64,000 nucleotides of DNA from an uncultured Chloroflexia bacterium (lineage in GTDB: Bacteria > Chloroflexota > Anaerolineae > CG2-30-64-16). Positions 11,278 to 23,091 of this stretch are shown one piece after another. Every line of letters starts with the position of its first letter. Position 1 is the first letter of the stretch. The stretch lies in the NCBI GenBank assembly GCA_963774265.1, contig CAVZDU010000002.1:640001-704000 (forward strand), read 5' to 3'. A program made the translations under genes and the position numbers. The notes under the pieces are model-generated. The model was given only the letters and a program-made list of their open reading frames with translations. It made no database searches and was not told the origin of the DNA.

Positions 11278-12737
11278 ACCCAACGCCCCCTTCACCTGCC
11301 GACAAACTGCCCCTCTGGCGCAAGATCGGCTACGGCCTGGGCGACATTTACGGTGGCGGCTCCGGCGTCATCGTCAGCTTCTACTACCTGATCTTCCTGA
11401 CCGACGTCGTGCGGCTCAATCCTGCGCTGGCGGGCACGGTGATCCTCATCAGCAAGGCGTACGACGCGATCACGGACCCCCTGGAAGGCGTGCTCTCCGA
11501 CCGCACCCGCACGCGCCTGGGCAGGCGGCGGCCCTACCTGCTGGGCGGCATTCCGCTGATCTTCCTGTCGTTCTTCGGCCTCTTCTACCCGATCAATCTC
11601 GACTCGGAGGGCGCTCGTTTTGCGTTTGTGGTGGCCACCTACCTGTTCTTCTCGACGGTGGTCAGCCTGGTGATGCTCAACTACAACGCGCTGCAGGCCG
11701 AGATCACGCTGGACTACCACGAGCGCACCTCGCTCAGCTCGATTCGCATCACCTTTTCGACCCTGTCCTCGATCCTGGCCGCGCTGCTGCCGCTGGAGAT
11801 CGTCAAGCGTTTCGCGGATGTGCGCGCGGGCTACGTCGCGATGGGGCTGATCTTCGGCGCGCTGTTCGCGCTGCCGTTCATCGCGACCGTGGTCTCGGTC
11901 CGCGAGCGCCCCGAGTTCCAGAAGCCGCCCGAGCGGCTGGATCTGGCCGCCACCGTGCTGCGGCCGTTCCGCGTGCGCACCTTCGTCCTCGCGCTGCTGA
12001 TGTACCTGTTCGCGTTCGTGGCCATGGACGCGGTCAGCAGCATCCTGGTCTACTTCATGAAGTACTACCTGGGCCGCGGGGGCGAGGCCAACTACGTGGC
12101 CGGCACGCTGCTCGTCTTCCAGGTGCTTTCGCTGCCGCTCTACGTGGCGCTGAGCCGGCGCACCAGCAAACGCCTCGGCTTTATCATCGGCGGGATCACG
12201 TGGATCGTCGTGATGTTCGTCAGCTTCCTGATCACGCCCGCCAGCCCCTGGCTCCTGGTCTACATCTTCGCGGCGCTGGTCGGCCTGGGCACGGGGGGCA
12301 TCGTGGTGATGATCTACGCGATCTTCCCCGATATCCCCGATGTGGACGAGCTCGAGTCGGGACAGCGCCGCGAGGGGATCTTCGGCAGCCTGATCTCGCT
12401 CTCGCGCAAGCTCAGCTCGGCCCTGGCGCTTTTCGCGGTCGCCAATGTGCTGGGGCTGGCGGGCTACATCCGGCCGGTCGAGCAGGTGGTCGACGGTGCG
12501 TCGCAGCTGATCGACCAGCCGCAGTCGGCGCAGTTCATCCTGGTGCTGCGGCTGATCTTCGCGTTCCTGCCGGTGATCCTGGTGAGCTGCTCCGTCTTCT
12601 TCGCCAGCCGCTACCCGCTGAACGGGGCGGCGCACGCGCGGCTGAACACGCTGCTGGCGCGGCGCCGGGGCGGCGCGACCGAAACCCCGGAGATGGCCGC
12701 GGAGGCGGAGGCGCTGAAGCGTGTGCTGATCGGGTAG
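11274..12737 (+). CDS. GPH-family (MelB-like) MFS glycoside:cation symporter
   Basis: KIGYGLGD, DAITDPLEG.LSDRTRTRLGRRRPY, D.DELESGQRREGIF, about 12 hydrophobic segments. Confidence 0.92.
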   Translation: MNPTPPSPADKLPLWRKIGYGLGDIYGGGSGVIVSFYYLIFLTDVVRLNPALAGTVILISKAYDAITDPLEGVLSDRTRTRLGRRRPYLLGGIPLIFLSFFGLFYPINLDSEGARFAFVVATYLFFSTVVSLVMLNYNALQAEITLDYHERTSLSSIRITFSTLSSILAALLPLEIVKRFADVRAGYVAMGLIFGALFALPFIATVVSVRERPEFQKPPERLDLAATVLRPFRVRTFVLALLMYLFAFVAMDAVSSILVYFMKYYLGRGGEANYVAGTLLVFQVLSLPLYVALSRRTSKRLGFIIGGITWIVVMFVSFLITPASPWLLVYIFAALVGLGTGGIVVMIYAIFPDIPDVDELESGQRREGIFGSLISLSRKLSSALALFAVANVLGLAGYIRPVEQVVDGASQLIDQPQSAQFILVLRLIFAFLPVILVSCSVFFASRYPLNGAAHARLNTLLARRRGGATETPEMAAEAEALKRVLIG

Positions 12738-12748
12738 ACGCTGCGTCC

Positions 12749-12806
12749 AGGTGCCGGGCACCTCGGTGCGTCAAGGTGCCGGGCACCTTCGAGGTGCCCG
12801 GCACCT
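12749..12806. repeat. Three copies of the 15-bp palindrome AGGTGCC(G/C)GGCACCT (REP-like)
   Basis: Copies at 12749-12763, 12774-12788 and 12792-12806, intergenic. Confidence 0.85.
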
Positions 12807-12825
12807 CCAATCGAAGGAGTCGCCC

Positions 12826-14933
12826 ATGACCACCGTGCACGCCTCGCCCACTTACCGGATCCGCGCGACCGATGCGCCGCCGCCGGGCTACCCCACCGCG
12901 CCCGCGGCCGATGCCTTTGCGGTGGAGCCGGACGCCGGAAGCTTCGAGGTGCGGCGCGCGGCGTTCCTGGCGCACTGCCTGGCCAACCCCGCGCCCGAGA
13001 ATACGAAGGGGATCTATCACGAGCTGGTCCGCCTCGCCGCCTCCGGCCGCGCGGGCAGCCGCAGCACCGGCGACATCGGTGTCGTACACGAAGGCGTGAT
13101 CGCCGCGACGCTGGACTTCATCGATAGCCGGCACGACTGCGCGGACTTCAGCCTCCACGGCGTGCTGCGGCTGCTCTACCAGTTCGGGGACCATCCCGGG
13201 CTCAGCCCCGGCCTGGTCCAACGCTGCCGGCAGACGGTGCTGGGTTTCAAATACTGGCCCGATGAGCCGGGCGCGGATTCGATGTGCACGTGGACCGAGA
13301 ACCATCACATCCTGTTCGCGTCCGCCGCGTACCTGGCCGGCCAGATGTTCCCCGCCGCGGTCTTCACCAACTCAGGCCGCACGGGCGCGGAGAAGATGGC
13401 GCAGAACCGGCCGCGCATCAGCCGCTGGCTCGATCTGCGCTTCCGCACCGGCTTCTCCGAGTGGCTCTCGCACGTCTATTACGACGAGGACCTGACCGCG
13501 CTCCTCTCGCTGGTCGACTTCTGCCGCGACGCGGAGATTCGCGCCAGGGCGGCGATGGTGATCGACCTGCTGCTGCTCGACATCGCGTTGAACAGCTTTC
13601 GCGGGGTGTTCGGCAGCAGCCACGGCCGCGCGTACGAGAACACCAAGAAGTGGGCCCGGGAGGAGGGGACGACCGACACGGCCAAGCTGCTGTTCGGCGC
13701 CGGGCAATTCTCCGGCTTCGACAACATGAGCGCGGCCGCGTTCGCGCTCAGCCCCAACTACCGCGTGCCCCCGCGATCGCGGCCCTCGCGGCCGGCGCCG
13801 ATGAGGGTGGCCGCGCCGCAATGGAGAACCGCCAGCGCATGGGCATCCGCCTGGCCGAGGCCGGGCGCTGGGGGCTGGGCGCGGAGCGCGCGGCATACGT
13901 GCCGGCGGCATGCATGGCGGCGGCATACGTGCCGGCGGCCTATGAGCCGTTTGAGGACGGCATGACCTACCTGACGCTGGAAGCCTATCTCCACCCGCGC
14001 ACGGTGAGCCTGGTCATGGCTATGTTCGACGCGTTCGGCTGGTGGGACAACGCATTCTTCGCGCCGTTCAAGCCCTATCGCAGGCTGCTGAGCTGGCTGC
14101 GGCGGACGCGCACCTTGCCCCTGCTGGCGCGGGCCTTCGAGTGGGATCTGTGCCGCAACACGCGCGAGGAAGTGAACGTCCTGACCTGCCGCACGCCCGA
14201 TTTCATGCTGAGCTGTGCGCAGGACTACCGGCCCGGCTACGGGGGCGATCAGCAGCACATCTGGCAGGCGACGCTCGGTCCCGACGCGGTGTGCTTCACC
14301 ACGCATCCCGCGCGGCTGGCGGGCCCCTCGCCCAACTATTGGGCCGGATCGGGCGTGCTGCCCAGGGCGGCGCAGGTGGGGAACGTCGTGATCGCGGTGT
14401 ATCGCATCCATCGCAAGCCCGCGCTCTACGTGCGGGGGCGGCTGGCTTTCACCCACGCCTGGCTGCCGCGCGACCGTTTCGACGCGGTCGTCGAACGGGA
14501 GGGCTGGATTTTCGCGGCGAAAGGGGACGGCTACCTGGCGCTCCGTTCGCAGCGGCCCACCCGCTGGCAGGAGAGTGCCGGGGAGGATAGAAGCCGCGAG
14601 ATCATCGCGGAGGGGGATGCGAACATCTGGATCTGCGAGCTGGGGCGCCGGGCGGTCGACGGGGGCTTCGACGCGTTCATGGCCCGCATCTGTGCCGCGG
14701 CCGTGCGGTACCGCGGGTCAAGCGTGACCTACGACTCGCCTTCCCAGGGGCGGCTGGAGTTCGGCTGGCGCGGCCCCCTGCGCCGGGCCGGGCAGGTCGT
14801 CCCGCTGCACGACTACCCTCGTTATGACAACCCCTACGTCCGCGCCGAATTCCCTGCTGAGCGGGTCGTCGTGAACGCGGGAGGGCATGAGTTGGTCCTG
14901 GATTGGGGGGAGATGAGGCGCGCGCAGGTCTAG
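12826..14933 (+). CDS. Uncharacterised protein of about 700 aa, possibly lyase/heparinase-like; frameshift near 13770
   Basis: Two overlapping ORFs joined at a C-run; WTENH, GFSEWLSHVYY and QQHIWQATL motifs; in a sugar operon. Confidence 0.55.
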
Positions 14934-15055
14934 CTGCGATTTTTGAGGCCAGGAATTCGAAATGAAGAAGAGCAGTTCGGTGGTGCTCCTGGCGGTCATG
15001 CAATGCACGTGCCAGGAACACCACCGGGTGCGAAGTCTATCGAGTGACCGGCGGG

Positions 15056-16567
15056 TTACTGCGCCGGCAGCACCTTTTGACCCCGATTGCTCGGATCGAT
15101 CTGGAAGTTGCCCTTGCCCCGCTGCGCGTTGACGTCGGCTGTGTTCATGGCGTACTGGAGCACAGCATAGGCCGTCGCATCCGAGTTGACATCGAGGGCG
15201 GTGTCATTGTTGTTGTCATAGGTGTCACAGGCCAGGTGATAGCATGCATCGTACGGCTGACCTGCTGTGCCGCCCCAGCTGGCGGCTTCCGCGGCTGTCT
15301 TGACCCCCTCGGCGCCCGAGAAGAGACCGCCGGAAGGAATACCGACCTCGATAAAGCGCCCGTAGTCGGAGCGGCCCGAGAAATCCGTGCCCTTGAACGG
15401 GATGCCCACGCTATTGAAGTACCGCTCGAAGGTCTTTTCGATCTGCGCCGAGCCTGCCGGACCGGCGGGCGCGTCAACTTGGTCCGAGTCATCACCGTCG
15501 TAGATGAAGAAGACGTGGTTCGGCGAGCCGATCATGTCGAAGTTGAGGTAGAGCGCGATCCGGTTTTGTTCCGCCTGGCTCAGGCCGTTGACGTATTCCG
15601 TGGAGCCCACCAAACCGGCCTCTTCCGCGCCCCACCAGGCAAAGCGAACCTTGTTGCGGGGTTTGACTTTGGCCATCTGCTCCGCCACTTCGAGCAACGC
15701 GGCGGAACCGGAGCCGTTGTCGTTGATGCCGGGTCCGCGCTGGACGGAGTCAAGGTGCGCGCCTGCCATCACCACATTATTCGGGTTGCCCCCTGCCGAT
15801 TCAGCGATCACGTTGTATTGCGTCATGTCCTGCGGTGCATCCACCTTGACGTGTGCTGTCGCTCCAGGTTGGGCAAGCGCTTCCCCATCCGCGAACGAAG
15901 CGCCGACGACCGGAATGCCTACGGTGGAGGGCGCCAGAGTTCCCACGATGAGACCTTCACGCTCAGGGCTATTGCCCTGGTTGAAGATGATCACGGCCGT
16001 GGCGCCCGCGGCCTCCGCGTTCGCTGCCTTAACCGCAAAGGTACAGGTGCCGCGTTGGATCAGCGCGATGTTGCCGGCCGGGAACCCTGCAAAATCTGCG
16101 GCATCGCATCCGCTGTCGTTGGCTCGCGGCGGGACCAGATTGACGTCAACAGGCGTGACCGCCGCGGTGACATCCCCGAAACCCGACCCGGTGAAAGCGC
16201 CGGTCTCATAAAGAGCGGCGATAGGTGCGATCTGTTGCAGAACCGCGGGCGGGACATAGACAAACGGGAAGTCGTCGACAGTCACGTTATAGCCGGCAGC
16301 CGTCATGCGATCGACGACATACTTCAGGCTGGCGTCGTAACCCGGGGTTCCCGCGGCGCGGATGCCTCCGTTTGCGTTGGCAATTCCCCGGAATGCGGCC
16401 TGGTGCTCTCGCACACCACCCAGCGTCACGCATTCCAGCAGCTTGGCGAAGGTGTTGTTGACGCGAGTGTCACAGGCATTGTCGCCCGCGGCTGCTGACG
16501 GTGCGACGACCAGCGCGGCGGCGAATACGATCATCAAGGCGATCACTGGGACGAGCTTGCGGGACAT
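15056..16567 (-). CDS. Secreted M28 aminopeptidase with PA domain
   Basis: Signal peptide; IALIQRGTCTF..K..NA; GAHLDSV, GINDNGSG, WGAEEAGLVGS, NFDM, YH. Confidence 0.93.
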   Translation of the reverse strand: MSRKLVPVIALMIVFAAALVVAPSAAAGDNACDTRVNNTFAKLLECVTLGGVREHQAAFRGIANANGGIRAAGTPGYDASLKYVVDRMTAAGYNVTVDDFPFVYVPPAVLQQIAPIAALYETGAFTGSGFGDVTAAVTPVDVNLVPPRANDSGCDAADFAGFPAGNIALIQRGTCTFAVKAANAEAAGATAVIIFNQGNSPEREGLIVGTLAPSTVGIPVVGASFADGEALAQPGATAHVKVDAPQDMTQYNVIAESAGGNPNNVVMAGAHLDSVQRGPGINDNGSGSAALLEVAEQMAKVKPRNKVRFAWWGAEEAGLVGSTEYVNGLSQAEQNRIALYLNFDMIGSPNHVFFIYDGDDSDQVDAPAGPAGSAQIEKTFERYFNSVGIPFKGTDFSGRSDYGRFIEVGIPSGGLFSGAEGVKTAAEAASWGGTAGQPYDACYHLACDTYDNNNDTALDVNSDATAYAVLQYAMNTADVNAQRGKGNFQIDPSNRGQKVLPAQ

Positions 16568-16787
16568 GAGCCTCTCCTTGGTGTCAGGTTGCGGCCGGCA
16601 GGTAAAGTACAAAAATTGTGCAAACAGAATGCAAGCGTATATTGGGTCATTTGCTCGTGATGTATTATGGATTCCAAATACTGGGGACGTGCGCACCGCT
16701 CACCAGAGCGCTGATGGCTATGGGGAGTGTTTGCCGATCACTGAACTACTGCCTGGAGGATTGCTTCAGCCGCGACCAGTCTACCCC

Positions 16788-18024
16788 TCACAGCACCCGG
16801 TCCGCGGCCGGGATCTTGAGCACCAGGATGCTGAGCGCGAAGCAGATCGGGACGAACAGCAGCGCGGCCAGGCCAAACTTGAGCAGCGGATAGAGCGCGA
16901 TGCCGGCCGTCGCGATGGCCAGCGCGGTGATGACCGGCTCGTGGATCAGGTAGGCCGTGTACGCGTGGCGCGCGAGCAGCCGCGCCAGCGCCCCCTGCCG
17001 GTTCCAGCGCCCCCGGAACAGGTAGATCAGGCCGATGCTCATCGCCAGGGACATGCATGCTTCCCACATCGCATTGAGGAGCGCCTGCCAGTGCCAGCCG
17101 CCCTCGAAGGGCTCCGAGTTCTCGATGGCGCCGCTGAGGATTGCCAGCACCGGGTAGAGGATGATCAGGACCCCCGCGGCCCACAGGCAGAGCCGCCCCG
17201 TGGCCCCCGGCAGGGTCATCAGCCAGTTGCGGCGGTAGGCGATCAGCCCGAGGATGAAGAGCGCGATGTACTCGGCGAAATTGGCAAGCTGCAGGTTCAG
17301 CGGCTCGAACCGCGTGCCGGCCGGGAAGATGAGCCGCACCGCAAAGGTGGCGACCCCGATCAGCAGCGCACAGAGCGCGATGGCGCGGAGGCCGGGGAAT
17401 GGGGTTTCCCTCGCCGGGAGCGCCGCCGCGTCCGCCGCGGCGGGCCGCGCCGGACGCGGCCGGGTCAGCAGCCGCCACAGCACGTAGACGGCGGAGAAGA
17501 TCAGCAACGTTTCGATGAACCAGAGCGGTCCGCCGCCGATGACCCCGTAATCCCTGAAGTAGACATGGGTATACCAGTCCCAGGGCGACCGGCCGGGCCT
17601 TGGGGGACCCATCAACCCCAGGTAGATCAGCCCGGGCCGGAGGATCCAGCTGTAGAGGGCCAGCGGAAGGCCCAGGCGGATCAGGCGGTCCTTCATGAAG
17701 GCGCCCGCTCCCTTGCGATCGTAGGAACCCGGCACAAAGTAGGCCGAGATGAGCAGGAAGAGGCCCATGAAGTACGCCTGGTTGACCGCACAGAACCAGC
17801 CGCCGAGCGCTGCGGTGATGTCGTCCTGCCGGTCCTCATAGTAAATCCAGCCCCCGCTGCCCGCGTAGATCACCATCAGATGGTGCAGCACCACCAGCAC
17901 CGTGAGAAAGACGCGGATATTGTCGATGAAGAACAGGCGAACGGCCGCCCTGGCCGGCCGTTCCCCGGCGGCGGGTGCCGGCTGGCCGCGACGCGCGCCC
18001 CGGGGCGCCTGCGTAGCTCGACAT
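16788..18024 (-). CDS. Acyltransferase-3 (MdoC-like) membrane protein; probable 5' frameshift
   Basis: RLFFIDNIR..LVVLHH, MGLFLLISAYF, RLIRLGLP, PLWFI, YTAYLIH. Confidence 0.85.
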
Positions 18025-18278
18025 AGGCTGCCTCCCTGCGGTGTGTGGGTCTAGAAGGCGGGATGTATCCGGGTGGATGTCGTGATTATAAGGGGCGCGG
18101 AGTGGTGCGTCAAGCACTTTTCGAATTGGATAGCAGTGGTCAAACGGGAAGTGCCCAACCACGCGACCGGCGGCATTGTGCTGCCGCCTCAGGACGAGTC
18201 TATATTAGTCGCAAGGTGAAACCCGCGACTCCAAACACAGAAGCATGCAGCGTTCGCGCTGCGATCGGTTCAGGCCCC

Positions 18279-18542
18279 CTATTTCGGGCGGAACGCCACC
18301 CTGTACAGCGCGAAGGCGACCAACAGATAGGCCAGGGTTCGCACCACGATCAGCACCCCTGCCAGGGAATCCTTCGCCCCAAGAAGCATCGCCAAATGGG
18401 AAAGCCCAAAGAGACCAAAGGCGATACCAATGTACAGGGGAAAAACCTCTCCCGAACGACGATAGCCTATGACCGCAAAGATCAGAATGATGATGCATAG
18501 TACCAGATTGACCGTGGTTGTCGGATCCCAGACGATGCTCAT
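18279..18542 (-). CDS. Small membrane protein (about 3 TM)
   Basis: Hydrophobic 87-aa ORF with GAGG RBS. Confidence 0.65.
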   Translation of the reverse strand: MSIVWDPTTTVNLVLCIIILIFAVIGYRRSGEVFPLYIGIAFGLFGLSHLAMLLGAKDSLAGVLIVVRTLAYLLVAFALYRVAFRPK

Positions 18543-18880
18543 GCTGTGCCTCCTCGGGTCACCACTTGTTCAATGAGGGAGGTGCGCTTTTTCACCTGTC
18601 GCAAGTATACACCCGTCTGACCCATTTTGATCCGATGAGTTTTAGAATCCCGGCTTGTTATGTAAAATCGGCGCGCTTTAGCGCCTGCAATCCGAGAGGC
18701 TCACAGAAATGATTGGTGATTACATAAATAAGTCAATTAGTGCACCATAATCGTACAAACGCATACACGCAAGAGAAAGCTGGTGGATGTCCACGATTCA
18801 GATTGAAGAGTCGAGGCTGCACGCGGCCTGCCCCAGCATCTTGCGATCGTCAAGCCAGCATGTGATGGGAGGAACAGACT

Positions 18881-21821
18881 ATGCCACACCTGAGGCTATT
18901 GCGAACGATCATTTCCCTTTCTGTCATGCTCACGGCCTTGCTCGTTGCTGCCGGGATCGCCCTGGCCGCCCAGGGCGGCGGTCAGGATCCACTGGAGATG
19001 TACACAGCGACCGTAAATCGCGGTCAGGCCGCCAAGCTGGCCCGAGAGGGCTACGATGTCTCCGCCACACGCAGCGTCCCTGGCGGGGTCGAGATCGATC
19101 TGGTCCTCTCCGCGGCGGAGGCTGCGAGACTAAGAGGCCAGGGCGTGCCGCTTGATGTGAAGAGGAATCGCGACGGCAAAACCGCGAGGCAACTCGCCGC
19201 CGAACAGGCCGCCGCCGGCTACACCGTCTGGCGCTCCTACGATCAGCCCGGTGGTATCCGCGACGAGGTCTACCAAATCGCTCAGCGCAATTCACGCATA
19301 GTCAAGTTAGAGGTGATTGGCCATACCTTGCAGAACCGTGAGATCATTGCTCTCAAGGTTACAAAAGACGCGAACCGCACCACCGATGGCACACGACCGG
19401 CGGTGCTTTACAGCGCCGCGCAGCATGCGCGGGAGTGGATCTCGGTCGAGGTCAACCGGCGCCTCCTGCACTACTTCGTAGACAACTACAGCAAGGACGC
19501 GAAAGTGACAAACCTCGTCAACGCCCGCGAGCTGTGGTTTGTGCTCGTCGCGAATCCGGACGGTTACCAGTACACCTTCGACACCGAGCGCCTGTGGCGC
19601 AAGAACCTGCGCGACAACGACGGCGACGGCCAGATCACACAGGCCGACGGCGTCGACCCGAACCGCAACCTCGCCGAGCACTGGAACTACGACGGCGAAG
19701 GCTCCTCGGCGCACTTCTCAGCTGACGACTACCGCGGCACCGGCCCTGCCTCCGAACCGGAGACGCAGGCCATGCAGGGGCTGCTCGACCGGCTTCGCTT
19801 CAAATTCATGGTCAACTACCACTCGTATGGCCAGCTGCTGCTCTACTCCTTCGGCTGGCAGGCCCAGACGCCATCGGCCGATAACCCGATCTTTCTCGCG
19901 CTGTCGGGGACGGATGCTAACCCGGCGATCCCCGGCTTCGATCCGGGCGTTGGGGCCGACCTCTACGCGACGAATGGCGAGACGACGGATTACGCGCATG
20001 CTCGGGCTAACACGCTGGCCTGGACGCCTGAGCTCGGTGAGGGCATCCCGGGGAGTGGCTTTGTCTTCCCCGACGATGAGCAGTTGATCCAGCAAGAGTT
20101 TCTCAACACGCTCCACTTCGCGCTCGATGTGGCGAAGTCGGCCGCCAATCCGGCCCAACCGGTATCGCACTTGGGCAACACGGTCAAGCCGTTTTACCTC
20201 GAGATGGCGTCGATCGAGCCTGAGTTATCCGGGAACCCGCAGGGGGACTTCCGCTTCGCCGTCTCCTACGGTGACCCGCAGACCGTTCAAGTGCTAGCGG
20301 CTCGCTCACTTGGGAAGGTGACGCTGAAGTACCAGGTAAATAACGGCCCCGTGCAAAGCGCGCCAACGACCGAGTGGGATGGGGGCGAGCGATTCGGCAG
20401 TTCCGGAGATGTGTACTACCACATCATGCGTGGGCAGGTGAAGGGCACCCAGCCGGGCGATAGCGTGAAAGTCTGGTTCGAGGGCGGCAGGCAGGCGAGC
20501 GACTCGTTCACCTACGTCGCGCAGGTTGAATCGAATGCGCGGGTGCTGGTGCTCGCTGCCGAGGACTACAGTGGCGTCTCGCCCGTCTACAAGAAGAATA
20601 ATGCGCCCAACTACCTGTCCTACTACCTGGACGCGCTCGCGGCGAACGGCATCGCCGCCGATGTATACGATGTCGACGCGAACGGGCGCAAGGCGCCGAG
20701 TCTGATTGGCGTTTTGAGCCACTACAAAGCGGTCATCTGGTACACCGGCGACGATATCATCACCCGCGAGCCCGGGATGGTGCCGGGAACCGCTTCACGC
20801 CTGGCCAACGACGAGATGCTCGCGGTGCGCTCGTATCTAAACGAAGGCGGGCGACTGCTCTACACCGGGAAGTACGCCGGCTTTGACAACGCCTCCGGGT
20901 ATGAGTTTCAGCACGAGACCAACGCGCCGTGCGATCCGAATGATAGTGGTGAGGATGGCTGCCTGGGGCTCACAGATGATTTTCTACAGTATTATCTGGG
21001 CGCCTACGCGTACAACGACGGAGCCGGCACGCAACCGAATGGCAAGCTCTACGATGTCATCGGTGCTGACAATCCTTTCAGCTCATTGAGTTGGTCATTT
21101 TACGTGTACTCGCAGATCGCCGACGTCTCGTGCAAACGACTGGCGCGCGACCATCGATCTGACCGGCCAGACCTCCGGCAATTTGTCGTTCTGGATCTCA
21201 CACGATTCTGAGCAGGACTGGGATTTCGTGTTCGTCGAGGCCCATACGGTCGGGCAGGACAACTGGACGACTTTACCTGACCTGAACGGGCACACGAGCC
21301 AGAGCACCGGTCCGCAGGATCCGAATCTGGCAAGTTGCCCGGCTGGCTGGCGCGATTTGCACCCCTTCCTCGACCACTACCAGACGCTTAATGCCGACCT
21401 CACCTGCTCGCCGGCGGGTACAACCGGCGTTTGGAATGCCGTATCGGGCAAGTCGAACGGCTGGGTGCAGTGGTCCGTCGATCTCTCCGCCTATGCCGGG
21501 CAGCAGGTGGAGGTTTCGATCGCTTACGTCAGCGACTGGTCAATCCAAGGGCTAGGTGTCTTCGTGGACGACACAGTCGTCTCGGTAGGCGGGGCGACCT
21601 CCTTCGAGGATGGGCTGGGCGGCTGGAGCGTGACCGGGGCGCCGGTCGGTAGCGCGCCGAACGCAAACGACTTCATCCGGGCGACTGTTGACGCTTTCCC
21701 CGAGGGCGCGGCGATCACGACCGATGACGCGATCTACTTCAGTTTCGGCTTCGAGGGCATTTCGCGACCGGACGCACGGAACGCGGTCATGGGTAGCGCG
21801 ATGGGATATCTGCTTCGCTAG
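18881..21821 (+). CDS. Secreted M14 zinc carboxypeptidase with C-terminal beta-sandwich domain; frameshift near 21150
   Basis: HAREW, NPDG, WRKN, GVDPNRN, SEPET, YHSY, TPE. Confidence 0.9.
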
Positions 21822-21924
21822 CTGGCGCCAGAGGTCACGCTGGAGGTTTCGAGGGGCTGTCTGAGTGACTAAATGCGTAACACAGTTCCTGACACATTCG
21901 CTGCCCATTCTGAGATAGTGCTAG

Positions 21925-21950
21925 AGGAGCGGGCCTTTGAGCCCGCTCCT
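21925..21950. terminator. Hairpin between convergent genes
   Basis: AGGAGCGGGC-ctttga-GCCCGCTCCT, perfect 10-bp stem. Confidence 0.6.
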
Positions 21951-21998
21951 GACATTGCATTTGCATCCGCCTCACTTAGTGTAGGGCTTGACGCGTTC

Positions 21999-22799
21999 TC
22001 AGTTGAGGAAGCTCGTCACCCACTCGAGAACCTTGGGGCGATCCACGCGCGCGGAGTAGGTGACGCCTGAGCAGTTACCGTTGGTCACAAATGAGTTGAC
22101 ACCGAGCACCGTGGCGGTGCCGCCGAGCAGGTCGGGGCCGCCGGAATCGCCGAAGCAGGTGCCGCCCTTATCCTTGGCGGGGTTGGCCGTCAGCTTGAGG
22201 TAGGTGTCGGCGAAAGTAAAGTTGGCGGCAACCAGCTGGGTCGGGGCATAGAAGCGATTTCGAAGCCCGGCCCAGACCTGTCCCGGACGGTTCTGGTACT
22301 GCACACCGTAGCCCACCAGATCCACCGCTGCCTTGTTCTTCAACGTATCGACCACACCTGCGGCAGGCAGTTCGCCGTAGACGCTCACGACGCTGGTCGG
22401 CACAGGCTCAGTGAGGACAACCACGCCGACGTCATCGGTGCTGAAGCCGGGCAGCCCGTTGCCGCAGCCGATGCAGAAGCCCGGATAGGTGTGGGCCACA
22501 CCGTTGTAAGAGGTCGCGCCGCTGAAGGGATACTCCGCATTGTCTTGCACGAGCTCGTCGAACCACACGCGCGCAGCGGTTGCGCCGTCGGTGCAGTGTC
22601 CGGCGGTCAGGACGAGCGTGGGGGTCAGCAGAGTGCCGGAGCAGCGCCATGTCGGCACGCCGTCCACATCAAAGACGAGCAGCCCCACATAGGGATGGTT
22701 TTCCCCATCAGGCTGGGGGTTGCCGGTGACTGCGCCTGCCATGCCGACGCTAGTTAGCAGCAAGGCGAAGACGGCCAAGACGATCAGAGTGCGTTTCAT
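21999..22799 (-). CDS. Secreted trypsin-like (S1) serine protease
   Basis: CSGTLL..LTAGHC, DVGV, CFGDSGGP; signal peptide. Confidence 0.93.
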   Translation of the reverse strand: MKRTLIVLAVFALLLTSVGMAGAVTGNPQPDGENHPYVGLLVFDVDGVPTWRCSGTLLTPTLVLTAGHCTDGATAARVWFDELVQDNAEYPFSGATSYNGVAHTYPGFCIGCGNGLPGFSTDDVGVVVLTEPVPTSVVSVYGELPAAGVVDTLKNKAAVDLVGYGVQYQNRPGQVWAGLRNRFYAPTQLVAANFTFADTYLKLTANPAKDKGGTCFGDSGGPDLLGGTATVLGVNSFVTNGNCSGVTYSARVDRPKVLEWVTSFLN

Positions 22800-23091
22800 C
22801 TGGTTTTCTCCTTTCTGTTTCTCGCGCGAGACATATGACCGGGGGTTGGCGTAGTGAGAAAGCGGCCGGCTTAGCCAATAATACCGCTTTCGCTCGAGTT
22901 TCGCAAGGGTCCGGGATTCCAATGTGATCGTTGAGTGATAAGGTCAGGGGGTGACCGATGTCCCGAATCGGTTACGCTGACAGGCCTGGCTCGAGCCGAG
23001 CAGGGCAAAGGTGGTAAAATAGATCCGGGCCCCGCGGCCCACAGTTTTCTTCGGAGAAGTCCCACATCGCGTGGGCGCAAAGGAGTTCGCA

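Noticed and set aside
10486-18026. Long antisense or alternative-frame ORFs (e.g. 11292-12761, 15044-16498, 16362-18026)
   Set aside because: Shadows of high-GC codon usage in real genes; no motifs
22810-23080. Possible riboswitch in the divergent intergenic region
   Set aside because: No recognisable aptamer consensus by eye
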